64,000 nucleotides of DNA from Octopus sinensis. Taxonomy: Eukaryota. This document shows, piece by piece, positions 13,055-25,659 of the stretch. Location: positions 12,834,001 through 12,898,000 of the forward strand of contig NC_043015.1 in NCBI RefSeq assembly GCF_006345805.1. Direction: 5' to 3'. Both the position numbers and the translations under genes were made by a program. The first letter of the stretch is position 1. Every line of letters begins with the position of its first letter. The notes beneath the pieces are model-generated. The model searched no databases and was not told the origin of the DNA. It saw only the letters and a list, made by a program, of their open reading frames with translations.

Positions 13055-13718
13055 TATTGTTGTATTTCGAGATAGTAATTTCCTGTTTTGCCAAATAAAC
13101 ACACACACTATTTTTTCTTCATTTATTTATTACTGTTATTATTTTATTATTTTAATTCATGTCCACTGTCCAGAAATCTTTCGCCCCACATGACTTTTCA
13201 GCAACACTCTTTGTTTTCGTGCGTGTTCTTGCTTCATTTACTCCATTCTGTTCTTCTAAGATAGATATCCTCTGGTTAGTTGTAGTTTTCCTACCTTGTT
13301 AGTAACCATCCAGGAGTAAGTCCTGGAGGAGACACATAGTTTTATGAAGTGAAGTTATTGTATTGTGTTGATCTTAAGACAACAGAATATATTGTTTTTC
13401 AACGTCTTGCTAGCCTGGCTGAGGCTTAAGTCATTACGTTTGTCAATTTGTGTTGCAAGATTCCTGATGTGAAACTGTGTGTTGAAACAGAAATTGTTGT
13501 ATTTCAAGATGATCTTTTTCCTTTGTTTTTTTTTTTCTTCACTCGTTTATTACTGTTCTTATTATATTATTTTAACTCATGTCCATTGCCTGGGAATCTT
13601 TTGTCACGCATCTGTGACCACTTCAGTGACACTTTTCGTTTTTGTGTGTGTTCTTGCTAAACTTACTCCATTCTGTTTCAACACATAATTTCACATCAGG
13701 CATCTTGCAACACAAATT
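13055..13718. mobile_element. Penelope-like architecture: two diverged direct repeats of about 200 bp (13055-13255, 13495-13680) plus a 48-bp inverted repeat (13445-13492 / 13671-13718)
   Basis: The inverted arms match at 45 of 48 positions. The direct units share ttgttgtatttc, ttattactgtt, catgtcca, gtgttcttgct and tactccattctgtt in order. The PLE assignment is inferred from architecture only. Confidence 0.55.
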
Positions 13719-13916
13719 GGTAAATATTTCTTCCTTTGGATAAAACACTAATTTAATGCACTAATTTAATGGATGGATAGGAAGGATCCAAACACAGCAT
13801 GTTAAAGACACACTTACTACTGACATTTACTACTATGTTCTGTGTCTCCCACCTCTATTTATTGTATAGTTTTCTAGACTGGACAAGTGTTCATGGATAG
13901 GCGAAAGAGTAAGTAG

Positions 13917-14310
13917 CATGGATAGGCGCAGGAGTAAGTAGCTTGCTTACCAACCACAAGGTTCCGGGTCCAGTCCCACTGCATGGCACCTTAGGCAAGT
14001 GTCTTCTACTATAGCCTTGGGCCAACCGAAACCTTGTGAGTAGATTTGGTAGACAGAAACTGAAAGAAGCTCCTCGTATATATGTATATGTGTGTGTGTG
14101 TGTGTGTGTCTGTGCTCATCCCCCCCCCCAACATCGCTTGACAACCAATGCTGGTGTGTTTATGTCCCCATAACTTAGCGGTTCGGCAAAAGAGACCGAT
14201 AGAATAAGTACTAGGCTTACAAAGAATAAGTGCTGGAGTTGATTTGCTTGACTAAATGTGGTGCTCCAGCATGGCCGCAGTCAAATGACTGAAACAAGTA
14301 AAAGAGTATG
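13917..14310 (+). mobile_element. SINE family A, A-box segment deleted, 25-bp tandem duplication at the 5' end
   Basis: catggataggcg(a/c)a(a/g)gagtaagtag occurs twice (13892-13916, 13917-13941). The rest matches family A. Confidence 0.85.
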
Positions 14311-14399
14311 CACCTACATATGCATGTACACATACATATACACATACAAACACACACACACACACATATATATATGAACCATTATCATCTTTGTAATTA

Positions 14400-14448
<49 letters not shown>

Positions 14449-14544
14449 TAATAAATAAAATATATGCATACATACAAACATATATGTATGTACCGACATC
14501 TACATGTATATATACATGCATATATAAATATATATCCATTTATC

Positions 14545-14945
14545 CATGTTTGCATGCATGTTCTGGATGGGTCTTTTCTAGCACAGCATCTTACTACTTA
14601 TTGAAGTCCTTTGTCATTTCCTTTATGAGGGTCAGCCTTTCAAGAACAATCTTCACCACTCTATCCTCTTCAGTAGGTTCCTTCCTCTTGGACTGCTTAC
14701 CAATTATTTACTTAACTGCTGCTGCCACCACCACCCCACTATGCATCACATGTTCATACCAATTGAATCATCTCTCTAGATCATTACATCTGATTACTCC
14801 TATACTAAATTTTTCTCAGTTCATTTCTGCTATCATTCATGCATAAAAATATCATGCATCTAGTTGAAGAGCATCCTTGCTTCATTTCTTTCTAGCTTTC
14901 AGACATCCTTTGTGCAGTCATTGCTTAGGTTTTGTACAATGCAAC
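14545..14945 (-). mobile_element. Old RTE LINE C-terminal relic
   Basis: The minus strand includes KLERNEARML and gaaatgaactgagaaaaatt, colinear with the RTE copies at 1369 and 58850 but much more diverged. Confidence 0.65.
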
Positions 14946-14949
14946 ATCA

Positions 14950-15198
14950 TCTATATATTTAAAGATGTAAATGATGTGTGTCTGTCTGAATCCCTAAAAC
15001 TCGAGAATACACAACTGATTTCATTCAAATTTTACACAAGCCTTACTTAGGGTTCATTCAAATTTTACACAAGCCTTACTTAGGGTTCATTTGATGAAAT
15101 TCAAATCTTAGATATTCCAGTTCATTAGAGAAAATATAAAAGAAAAGTCTAATTCTTCAATTCCACGTGACACAGGCAACGCCAGCTATCTCTGCTAG
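14950..15198 (+). mobile_element. Non-autonomous Helitron (249 bp) with an internal 33-bp tandem duplication
   Basis: Host A then TCTATATATTTAAAG start, ...gccagctatctctgCTAG end then host T, and no TSD. The unit ttcattcaaattttacacaagccttacttaggg is repeated at 15020 and 15053. Confidence 0.75.
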
Positions 15199-15789
15199 TA
15201 TTTCCTATGCTAGCATTATATAATCTGCCTGTCACTTGGAAGGAAAGAGAAAAAGAGAGAGAAGATCTTACTCATGGTTAAATGGTCCTACCTGACTGCC
15301 CTACTACCTTGCATAGAATTAATATGATAGTGTAGGTTCTCACTGCACAGTTACTTTTTCAATGTATAAGTAAGTGTTGTGATTTGGGCATGGTTTGATT
15401 GGCTGAATATCTTTTCTATCATCAACCATTTAAAACAGAATAGGTGCACTTTATGGTGCTGCAAAGACTGACAAGGTTGTCAGACAAAACAACCTATATA
15501 AAAGAAAAATTACTGTTCTTCTGCACAGGTTGCTTTGCTGCAGCTTCAAGAACCTCCACATTTACTCAATGCAGATTTTAAACAATTACTGCTCTCCTAA
15601 TGCTACGGGTCCTGGGTTTCTAACAACTCTCATCAATAAACACGTTTGTCAGCTAAAGTCATTGACAAGCCAGCCATGTAACAAGTTGTACTGGATAGCA
15701 TGTTAACAACAGCTCACGTACACACACACACACACATACATACACACACACATATATATCCACACACACTTGTATGTATGCATGCACTC

Positions 15790-16015
15790 GTGCTAGCAGA
15801 ACCGTTAGCATGCCAGGTGAAATGCTTAGCAGTATTTCATTTGCTGATAAATTCTGAGTTCAAATTCCATCGAGATTGACTTTGCCTTTCATTCTTTTGG
15901 GGTTGATAAAGTAAGTACCAGTTGAAGACTGGAGTCGATATAATTGACTCATCTCCTCCCCCAAATTGCTGCACTTGTGGCAAAATTTGAAGCTTTTATT
16001 ATTGTTGTTGTTATT
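15790..16015 (+). mobile_element. SINE with a Nin/Deu-like central domain
   Basis: gagttcaaattcc B-box-like, then gactttgcctttcattcttttggggttgataaagtaagtaccagt and a (tat/tgt)n tail. The domain name is recalled from memory. Confidence 0.7.
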
Positions 16016-16739
16016 ATTCTTATTAATCTTATTTTTTCTTTCCACACATAATTGACTTAAGAGAAGTAAAAGTCACAACAATCATAAAACAACATCAGCT
16101 ATAAAGTCATATGTTCTAAAGTTCAAACTTCATCTCATTACATATAAAAGAAAAATTTCAAGCAATTCATTTCTTGAATATATTTTCTTTTTCATTTTCT
16201 TGGGAAGGGTAAGCTACATTTCTTTGCAGCGTAAGAGTGGCTAGTTACTATGTTATCTAACTTGTTCTAAAGATACAGTTTAACAAACAATCCAGAATAT
16301 TTTTGATGGATTGTAGAGCAACAATCATAGTGGAAACATACTTAGATTGCACTAGCTGTACAAACATGTTTGCTTCAGATCTCAGTATTGCCAATGAGCA
16401 AATAACTGAAGAATGTTTACCATTTTCCCTTCTTCCTTAGCATTAAGGATAACTGAATAGCATTTTCAAACAGTTTATCTTAAAAAGACTCATATGCATA
16501 TACTCACAAATGTCAAAACTTTAAAAAAAACTTCTTTTATTTTTTGCACGTTTTCCAGATCTGTTAACAAACTCTAAGCTAATCCAATATAGTCAACAAA
16601 ACTATATCTGGACATTCTTCATTTGTTTACTGTTCATCATTGAAGTTTTTCCAGGCTTCTTGACATGTCTTATGGATTGTAAACAAAAGCCTCACTGTTC
16701 ATATACATAGTGCCATCTGCAATAACATTTGTTGTTTGA

Positions 16740-16880
16740 TAGATTGAGGGATTGAAAATATGTGAAAATTGGCAACAGGAAGGGCATCTGGCTTTAGAAA
16801 ATTCTTTCACAATGAAGTCTTGTTTGACTCATGCAGGCATACAAAAGTAGATATTAAAATGATGACGATGATAATGACAA
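16740..16880 (+). mobile_element. SINE family B / RTE tail fragment
   Basis: ttggcaacaggaagggcatctggc ... catgcaggcat ... attaaaatgatgacgatgat. Confidence 0.75.
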
Positions 16881-17189
16881 CAACAGCTGAATGCTATAAT
16901 TTTATAATGAAACTTTCTGTCACAAAAGATTTTAGAGCCTTGGTCTTCTACTGTAGGGTTGGACTGACTAATGCCTTGTTGATGAAATTTTGGTAGCTAG
17001 AATCTGTGCAGAAACCTACTACATATATATATATATATATATACTTGGGGTGAGGGTATGGGGTTTAATTTCTGTATATGTATATGTATTTCTTCCTGTT
17101 TCCAACCTTGTTTCATTGCTTCTTGTCATTTTGCAACACTTCTATGTTGTTTTCTCCAGGTTGAACAGGTAGCAGAGGCATAAAAACCA

Positions 17190-17345
17190 CCAAAAGGTTT
17201 TCAGTACAAAATGGGAACAATGTTTCACTACTACAGATTGCATGGAATTGAAAGAAGCAATTCATATGTGGCTCATCTCTCAGTCAAAGACTTTTTATTC
17301 TGAGGGCATAAAAAAGTATGTGCAAAGACGAACCATGAACAAAAA
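17190..17345 (+). mobile_element. mariner transposase C-terminal relic
   Basis: 17245-17334 translates as ELKEAIHMWLISQSKTFYSEGIKKYVQRRT, matching the mariner tail pattern V-x-x-WL-x-x-Q-x-x-x-FY-x-x-GI-x-KL-V-x-RW. Confidence 0.7.
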
Positions 17346-17795
17346 TGTAATCATACTTTAAAAAAATCTATACTTGTACTTGATAGAATTTAAAACCACT
17401 GAATGTTGCTGCTTTTGGGGGGTGGGGAGGGAGAAAACAAAAATTGGAGCAAACGACAGCTTAATGGATGTTTCAAGTTCAAATCTGCACAATAGTTAGT
17501 AGGACTCTATGTTTAGTAACTTGCACGCAACTAAGTTTCTTGCTAATAAGAAAAAAATCACAAGTACATTGCATATAATTAATGACTCACTGGTCCATAC
17601 ATGTATAAATATATAATTATTCTCAATCAATTAACTATCACAAGAATGTATTTTGTTTATGACTCTGTATAATTGTGGCATAAGTTTTTTTAAAGCAAAA
17701 TGGCAACTTGAATGGAAAGACAAAAAAGAAGGATGTATTTAACTTCATATTGTATTGTATAATTTTATAATTCAAGTTTATTACAGCAATCTTAA

Positions 17796-18879
17796 CCCTT
17801 TCGTTACTATATTCTGACCAAATTACACCCCTTATGTGTTTCAATTAATTTCTAACGTAATCATAAATTTAGTCTGGTTTCATTAAACAACTATAACTTT
17901 TTTATTTATCGATATATTAATCTGATTTTTGGAAGATAATTTAATGAAATATTCTCAACCAATTCTATACTATAATTTTTGTCACAAAGTGACTCTAATG
18001 CAGGTAGATACAGGTAAATTCCACAAAATATAAAATTATTAAAATTTTGTTCAAACATCGCTATAGAAAATGGGTTATTAGCTAATATTCAATTGGGTAT
18101 ACAACAAAATTTTACAATAGAATTTGTTATTCTGGGTAACTTTCTGATACCCATAATAATATTTATGGCAAAATAGTCTTAATTTCATTTAAGGTTATGG
18201 GAAACCACAAACTATCGTTTCTTTCGCTTTGTTTACGTTTAGCGTAACGGTTAGTTTCTGCCGTAATGATTTCAAATAGGCTCATTCGAAAAAGTAAATA
18301 GAGATAGTCTAAGGCTTTACCCTTCTGGGAAAGTCTGTGGCTTGGTCCAGTTTCTTCAGAAAAATCACAGAAAGAAACAGTTTGTAAATTTTCACTCCAT
18401 TCAGGTGCCAATTCGTTTTCTTTATCGCTATCGGAGATCTCAGATTCACTGTTTTCACTTTCGGAAAATGAAACATCAGATTCATTATCAAATACCACAT
18501 GCATTTTTTTTTCAGTCATAGAGTTAGATTTATGAAGGTCTTCAGTAGAAAATCCTTCGAATTCTGACTCGCTGCTTGATATAATGAAATTCGTATCCAT
18601 TTTTTGTCAGAATTACAAATTTTGAAAACACAATAGGAACAAATTTCGGAAAAAAATCTCCCAAAATTCACGGAATTAAAATTACACTTCGATTATTGTA
18701 CAAAACTGTAGTTGAACTGTTTACGAAGTATAATACGTATTTTCACGAATGTACTGAAGAGATTTGCTCTGATATTCTCATTTAAATATGAATAGGTAAA
18801 TTCGGGCGGCTTTGGGCGGTTTGGTCTCATAAACCAAAATTTTTTTCGGGCGGCTTTGGGCGGTTTGGTAACGAAAGGG
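17796..18879 (-). mobile_element. piggyBac internal-deletion derivative (1084 bp)
   Basis: Perfect 12-bp TIR ccctttcgttac / gtaacgaaaggg and TTAA on both sides (17792-17795, 18880-18883). A perfect 25-bp subterminal direct repeat ttcgggcggctttgggcggtttggt lies at 18801 and 18845. Confidence 0.95.
18163..18600 (-). pseudogene. piggyBac transposase N-terminal remnant, 145 aa open, catalytic DDD domain absent
   Basis: Acidic Ser/Glu-rich N-terminus, then LFRMSLFEIITAETNRYAK...W..ITLNEIK, which matches the piggyBac/PGBD motif F-x(8)-I-x-x-ETN-x-YA. Confidence 0.85.
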
Positions 18880-19189
18880 TTAAAGGAACTAGCTTATATG
18901 TTGCTGAATTCTATTTATATTATAGCTCATTAATTTTACAGTATGTCAATTCTTGGTGCAGACAATATTCACAGAAATATTTGGAACTGGATTTTGTTTC
19001 TTCAATCACTAGTGCATTTGCTATGTAAAAAAAACACTGTGATGAAAATTTTGAAGATAAACAACTATCATTACATGATATATTCAGATAAATAAAAGAA
19101 ATTTTTCAATTTTTTGACAAAAAGAAAAGGGTTTGTAAAGTATCTAACATTAACCTCAATTCATGACTCACTATTTTGTATTAAAACTG

Positions 19190-21290
19190 AAGGGTGAATG
19201 AAGATCTCTTACAATATATACTTTAACATAGCAAGAAAAAAGTGCAAAATATGATTGAAAAGGATATTATTGCACCAGCAGTAAAGGAAGTCATCAAAGT
19301 TATTTTGAAGATTCTGAACCTATTTTTAAGGTTATTCCTCTGAGTAACAATATCCTATAGTATAATACTGATGAGATGACACTTGTCAATAATGTGCTGC
19401 AATAACTTTGAATGATCTCTGGTGTAATGGTTCTATCCCTTGTAAGTTCTAATATTCTTATGGCATACATAAGGTGTTGTAGTATAAATGTATTGTTGAT
19501 GAATTTCTCTTCAAAATATCTTAAGGCTTAGTCAACTAATGAAACAATTTCTTTAGAAATATATTTCAGATAATACACCTGGGTAATACCATGGCCAATA
19601 AGGCAAATCTTAGGGGCGGGTATTGTTAAATGAAAAACTATTTGCCTTAATATGATTATGGCAGTTGCTACTAATGTCACATGACTATGATTGATAGATA
19701 CTAAGTGCTTTCAGCATTGTTAAAGAAAAAAAAATCCCAATGTAAAATGTCTACAGTGTGTCTTGTACAGAAAATATCTTGTAACAAAAAAAAAAAAAAG
19801 AACTCAGTGGACAACTTCACTGTACCTTGAAAATATACATTAAGCCTTCAGTATTTAGATTATTCTGTCAAATATAATGCTTGTGAATTGACATTGTTTT
19901 AAATCAATCATGGCTTATTTCATAGTTTTAAGATTTCAATGATGCAATTGTTATTTTATGAATGACACTGTAGGGTAAGTGTGAGAGGCCAGATCATGCT
20001 GGTTTAAACAGAAAACAGATAAAATATTTGGGTTAGATGTGGTTGGTTTAAATGCTAAGTCTTATAAAAACCAGCTCAGTTCTCAACAATTTGCATAATT
20101 ATGATAAAAAAAAAAACCTTTAATCAATGAAGCTTCAAACAGCACTTTTGCATACTGATGTAACGTGCTTATCCAAAGAAGATAGCTTACAAAAATGTTG
20201 GTTGAATGTTTTGATTCACCTGTTGAGTTCCTTTATGAGGTGAATTTATCATTTAGTGATGAACTGCAGCTGTGTATAAATACTTGCTTTATTTAGCTGA
20301 CATTTTCTAAATTAGTACTTCTGAAAGTGAGTGGTTCTGCCTCCTAGAGGCATCGCAGAAACTTTGATACAAGTTCTGGGAGACAAAGGTGATACATGCA
20401 TCTGTAGATGTAAGGTTTTGATAAGCTGTTAGTCATGATCACAATAATAATAATGACAACATCAACAATAATAATAGACTTCAAAATGTAAATAAGCAAA
20501 ACCAGAGTCAAACACACACATATGTATACATATATCACCATGCTTATAGTATACGTTTATAGTAAAGATATTCTGTGGTTAGTAGATATCTATTTCAAAC
20601 TAGTACCTAGAATTAAATTACTCTGATCTGATATTATATGTATACACATAAAAAAAATGAAGGTGTTGAAGAGTAGCAAGTAAGCAAAGAAAAAGTGTTA
20701 GTAAAAAGTAAGTGACTATTAGTTAAAAATTTGAAAAGCACTATTACTAAATATAATGAAATGCAGAAATAATCAAAGGGTAAAGACATTAGTATAATTC
20801 AAGTTTAAACTCTTATTTCAGGATTTCAAATCAAGATTGGCTTCTCAGTTCATTTATGCTATCATTCATGCATAAAAATATCATGCATCTAATAGAACCT
20901 TCTTTGGGTTGCAGGAATTTTCAATATTTCTGGAATATGTCATGACTAAAACAAGAAGCAGATGAAAACATTTCAGATAACCACCTGCTAATCTGATGCC
21001 CAGCTTTCAAAATTAAAGGACACTTTTGAAGTCCACTTTGAGGTTCTTGAAAATATGTATGTACCCGACTGGATCATTTCTCCTGTTGAACTCTAAATGC
21101 AAAAGTATTGTTGAAAGGTAAAGGTCCTAGTGGTCTCTGAAATAGTGAAAGCACTGCAATCTAATATCCAATTAGGGCAGATGCTGATGCATTTTTACTC
21201 ATATTTGCAAACTGCAATTTGGTCAAACTGAATTTAGCCAAATATAAAGCACAGTAAAGCAAATAAAAACTGACAGAAAAAATCATCCTA
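19190..21290 (+). mobile_element. Degenerate hAT (Buster/Charlie group) transposase relic with later insertions
   Basis: NIARKK, EKDIIAPAVKEVIKVILK (19257), FKVIPLSNNI, LLHTDVTCLSKE (20145, compare LLHTEVRWLSKG), YLADIF and FEVLENMYVPDWIISPV (21037). A TIR-like aaagtttgagaagcccta lies at 22153-22170. Confidence 0.8.
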
Positions 21291-22739
21291 GTATTTATTC
21301 TATTATTAGCAGTTGCCAGACCCATTCATTTCATTATGAGTCTAAAACTTCTTCAATAAAATAATATTTGTTATCCTATTCATTTTATTGTCCTTTGCTG
21401 CGTTATTAAGGTAACATCTGATTTTACTTTTCTCTTGACAGTTCTGAATAATTTTATATTTTCTTGTTTTAAATATTCTGTGCCAAGAGGAGTATTATTT
21501 ATTTAAAAACCAGAAGTAGCTTTATCTATAAGCTACAGTTCTACTATACTTAGTCTCTCTATTCAGATACCATTAAACTAGAAATTTGAAAAAGGTATAT
21601 CATTTTTAAAAAGTAGAGATCTCAGAAGATTATGCTCATATGGCAATCAGAGTTTATAGAATTCGTAAGTAGGTTATTGCTATATTTACATTCATAAAAT
21701 CAATCAATTTCCAGTTTTTTTAACGATAAAGTACTATCCACCAACATTTCAAGTGATAAACTTTTGACATTAATAGAAAATAAAGGGAAATAAATATTTT
21801 GCAATATGATTTGTATTGTTCCCAATATCACTTATTTTCAACCAGAATGTAAGATAAACTTTGATTTCTAATGATTGATAATGTTAACATTTGAACATTG
21901 GTATATCATAGGTTATCCCTGATGAAATAAGTTATTCACTACCTTTTGAAATACTATGTATCATTCATTTTAAATTAAAATAGATTATTATTGATAATAA
22001 GCCAATTTTATTAAAGTGCACATTAATCCACATTGAATTCACACCACTTAACTCTGAAAACACTGTACTATTTTACTGCATGCGTCATAGAGAGGGGGTA
22101 AAGTTGGTGAGGGCTCAGTAATTCTGTGATGAGGGAGGGGTGTTAGTGCTTAAAAGTTTGAGAAGCCCTAATCTCTTCACACAACCACTGCTTCTCTCAC
22201 CCTTTAACTAATTCTTAATGTTTACCTTCCACCTGTATACTTGATCAAAAGTGAGATTAACAGTTTCACTATTATTTAATACAAGGCTTTGTTAGTATTT
22301 ATATATGTATGCACAAATGCATGATCCTTTGTCTCCTCTTCCTTTATTCCACTATCCTATTACAGAAACCAACAAAAGTTATTTGGCCATTTATGTGTGT
22401 GTGTGAGAAAGAGAGGGAGTGTGTGTGTGTGTGTGTGCACATGTTTTTATATTTACTGGCATAAGCTGGAGTTAAACTTCCTCTTATAAGAAACACAGTG
22501 ACATAGCCTATCACCAGAAACCAGTAAAAGTAATACCAGGCCAAAAACTGAACATTTGCAGCAGATAATTTTAGAAATCTATCTCAACATTAGTTTAATA
22601 CTGTATCAAATAACTTCATCAAAATGCATTATATGATGCCAGTAACAGCATATGCAGCAAGCAAAATTATAAAAACTGGCTATTGTTTACCAGAACCAAA
22701 CAGAGTAAATGAAATAATTACAGGCAATTTAATATTATT

Positions 22740-23090
22740 CTGTTAGGAATTTCATACTTGTTGTTTAGCCACCAAGTTAGCCCTGAATGAGTGTACCTAT
22801 TATTTAAGGCATTTCAGCTATGACCATCCCATCTTTTTGCATATGAAAGTCTGCATCAGTCATGAGCAAACTGTGTCCTAGGACTTCCTGAATGGCATGT
22901 CTGGCAAAAAAATTGCAGATTTTTTTTTTTTTTGAAATGCAGCCTGCCTCATGATGTGCTGTATCTCAAACAGTTGCCCATGCCTTGTCTACACTATGCT
23001 TCTTTGTTTAACTCAGTAGAGATATTTGGAGTGGAAAAAGATTTGGTTGTTATTTCTAGGAGTCTAATAACTACATTGAAGCTTCCTTGA
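22740..23090 (+). repeat. Unclassified dispersed repeat (related pieces at 32020-32220 +, 33405-33570 +, 45350-45545 -)
   Basis: Shared blocks aggtca(g/a)c(c/t)ctga, gcatt(t/c)cag(c/t)tatgaccatc and gatttg(g/a)(c/t)tg(c/t)tatttctag. Confidence 0.55.
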
Positions 23091-23759
23091 TAAAAACAAT
23101 CATTTCAAGATGTTACGATAAGGACATTTAAATGACCTTGCATTGTTAGAGAACAATTTATTTTGAAGATCTAGTCATATATTTTGATTTTTTTTCCAAT
23201 TGTACTGTCAATCCACATCAGTGAATTAAATAAATTTCTATTTTTAGATAATAAAATGGCTACAAAGGTCTCTATTTGCTTTATAATGGGAGTGTAGAAG
23301 AACAAAAATTACAAAAGCAACATTAATCACATTTTCCAAGTTGATGTTTTTATATGTGACTAATCCCAGTTTATTAATTATGATTGACCTACCAATTACA
23401 TCCAGTTATTGGTGAGTATGGACTATTTAAAATACTAATAAAACTAGGGAAGCATATTTTAAGTAGTTTTGAAAAAAAATTATAACTTTTTTTTACACTT
23501 ATAATTATTTTTGTTTTCTTTCACAAAATATGATATTGTTTCTTCATAAAATATCATCTAAATATTTGGAGGCTTTCAATGTTGGTAACAGTTTTAATAC
23601 TACAGATCCCACTTGATCAGGAAATCAACCACAAATGTCATTTGAATTTTGTAAGAAAATCATGTGAATTTCTAAAATTAACAACATGAAAGGTCTACAA
23701 ACACAGCCAGGCTGAAATAATGCATTCTTCCAGGTGCAAATAAAAAATTCTCAAACTCG

Positions 23760-23867
23760 AGGGGATGGGCCCCTTAGATACTAATATGGGCCCCCTTATA
23801 TGGATTCTAATGGCACAGGGGCCTACTTGCCATCGGGAAAGCTGGCAACCTGGCCAGTCCGCCACTG
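23760..23867. mobile_element. Possible hAT-like MITE, right end only
   Basis: GC-rich island with repeated gggcccc, ending ggccagtccgccactg (reverse complement CAGTGGCGGACTGGCC, typical of hAT ends). No left end was found. Confidence 0.4.
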
Positions 23868-24189
23868 CACATATATACATACTAATGTATATACATGTGT
23901 ATATATACACACATATACACACCTGATGTGAGTGTATATACACACATATACACACCAGATTTAAATAATTTTAAAAGCTCTTTGCTTTCTTCTTGTCAGT
24001 TTTGTTTCATTGTTTTGGACACCTTTATGGTGAAGGTATTCTAACAACTTGTTATCAATTTTATGCAAAGATGAAAGAAATCTACTTTTCAGATTTAATT
24101 AGGATTATGTGCACACGTATGTATGCATGTGCGTTTATACCTGCATGTGTGTGTATGTATATGTGTGTGTACATAGGGAGGCGCTGTTA

Positions 24190-24425
24190 CTGCCTTCTTG
24201 TCTCGACATCACATGATAGTTGTAGGTGTCACTGTCATGCAAGTGGAGTACTTCATTTCCAATTTTCCTTGAAAATATATCGGGTCAGAAGGAAATATTA
24301 CCTTACATGAAAACAAGTGAGGGTTGGCAACAGGAAAGGTATCTGGTCATAGAGAATCTACCTCAACAGATTCCATCTGACTCATGTGAGCATGGAAAAG
24401 TGAATGTTTGATGATGATCATCATC
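24190..24425 (+). mobile_element. SINE family B body and RTE tail
   Basis: Colinear with 5590-5830 and ends gatgatgatcatcatc. Confidence 0.8.
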
Positions 24426-24689
24426 ATGTGTAGTTGAATTCATATCAAATATTACCTTTTGGACTGCAATCTTTATATTTGTATATCCATTTATATTAAA
24501 TTACACATAAGTTAGCAAGATGAAAGCTTAAAGGGCTTACAGTGGTTAGTCTCATCCCTTCACATTCTGAGTTCATATCATACTTTGGTTCATCCCTCAG
24601 GAATTGATAAAATAAAAACAAAATACATGAATTCCTTTCAAAAATTGCTCTTGTGCCAAAGCAAGCAATATTTCAATTAATACTGGTTT

Positions 24690-24900
24690 CAAATTTTGGC
24701 TCAAGACCAGCAACTTCAGGGGTTGGGGTAAGTTGATTATATTGACCCCAGTACTTGACTGGCACTTATTTTATTGGCCCCGAAAGGATGAAAGGCAAAG
24801 TCGACCTCAGCACAATTTGAATTCAAAACATAAAAATAGACGAAATGCTGCTAAGCATATTGTCTGACACACTAACGATCCTGCCAGCTTGCTGCCTTAT
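24690..24900 (-). mobile_element. Nin/Deu-like SINE
   Basis: Reverse complement of the 15790 family: gaccccagtacttgactggcacttattttattggccccgaaaggatgaaaggcaaagtcgacc. Confidence 0.75.
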
Positions 24901-25659
24901 TTCAGTTAATACTATTATTACTGTATTAAATTAGGTTTATTTTCACATTCTTAGAATTTAAAAATGTAGGAAGGAATGACAGGTTGTTTTAAATCAGGTA
25001 TAAAAATGTTTTTGCCATATTTACTTGTGTAAAATGTGAGATATTTAATGTAACAAATCAAAAGGTAAAAATTGGGGTGTATTATTATATTTAAGTGTAT
25101 AAAAAAATACACAGTAAGAAGTGTGTGAAAATAATATTACTGAAAGATGATAGCCTCAAGATATCTCATAACAAATGTACACACACCTCATTACCTGTGG
25201 CTATGAAACACCATATACTTTGAATATATCCAAAAGCAATTGTTAATTCTGTTAGCAGGCATTTGGTGTGTGATTTTTTTTTTTGATTAAAAGTAATTAA
25301 TTATTTGATATAAAAGATCACAGTTTAAAATCTTCAGTATACACAGTTACTGAATTTATTGAAAAGAACAACTGTGTAGCACCTGGGAAATTTAGAATTA
25401 AAAGCAATATTGGGTTATGGAAAAAAAAACAAAACCTAATGCAGAAAATGTTAAGCAGTAAATAATCTCCAAGAACTGCAAAAAGTGGCTGACTCAATGG
25501 GTGGAAGACAAGAGAAATGTCTGATGTAACCACAACACTGTAAAATTACAAAGAACATGTTAAAAAAAATGTGAAATGTGGAAATAGTTAGTCTTTCAAA
25601 TTTTCAAATGGGTGGTGCTGGAGATTCTTCAGAAGGAATTCTTTATGTTAGAAAACAAA

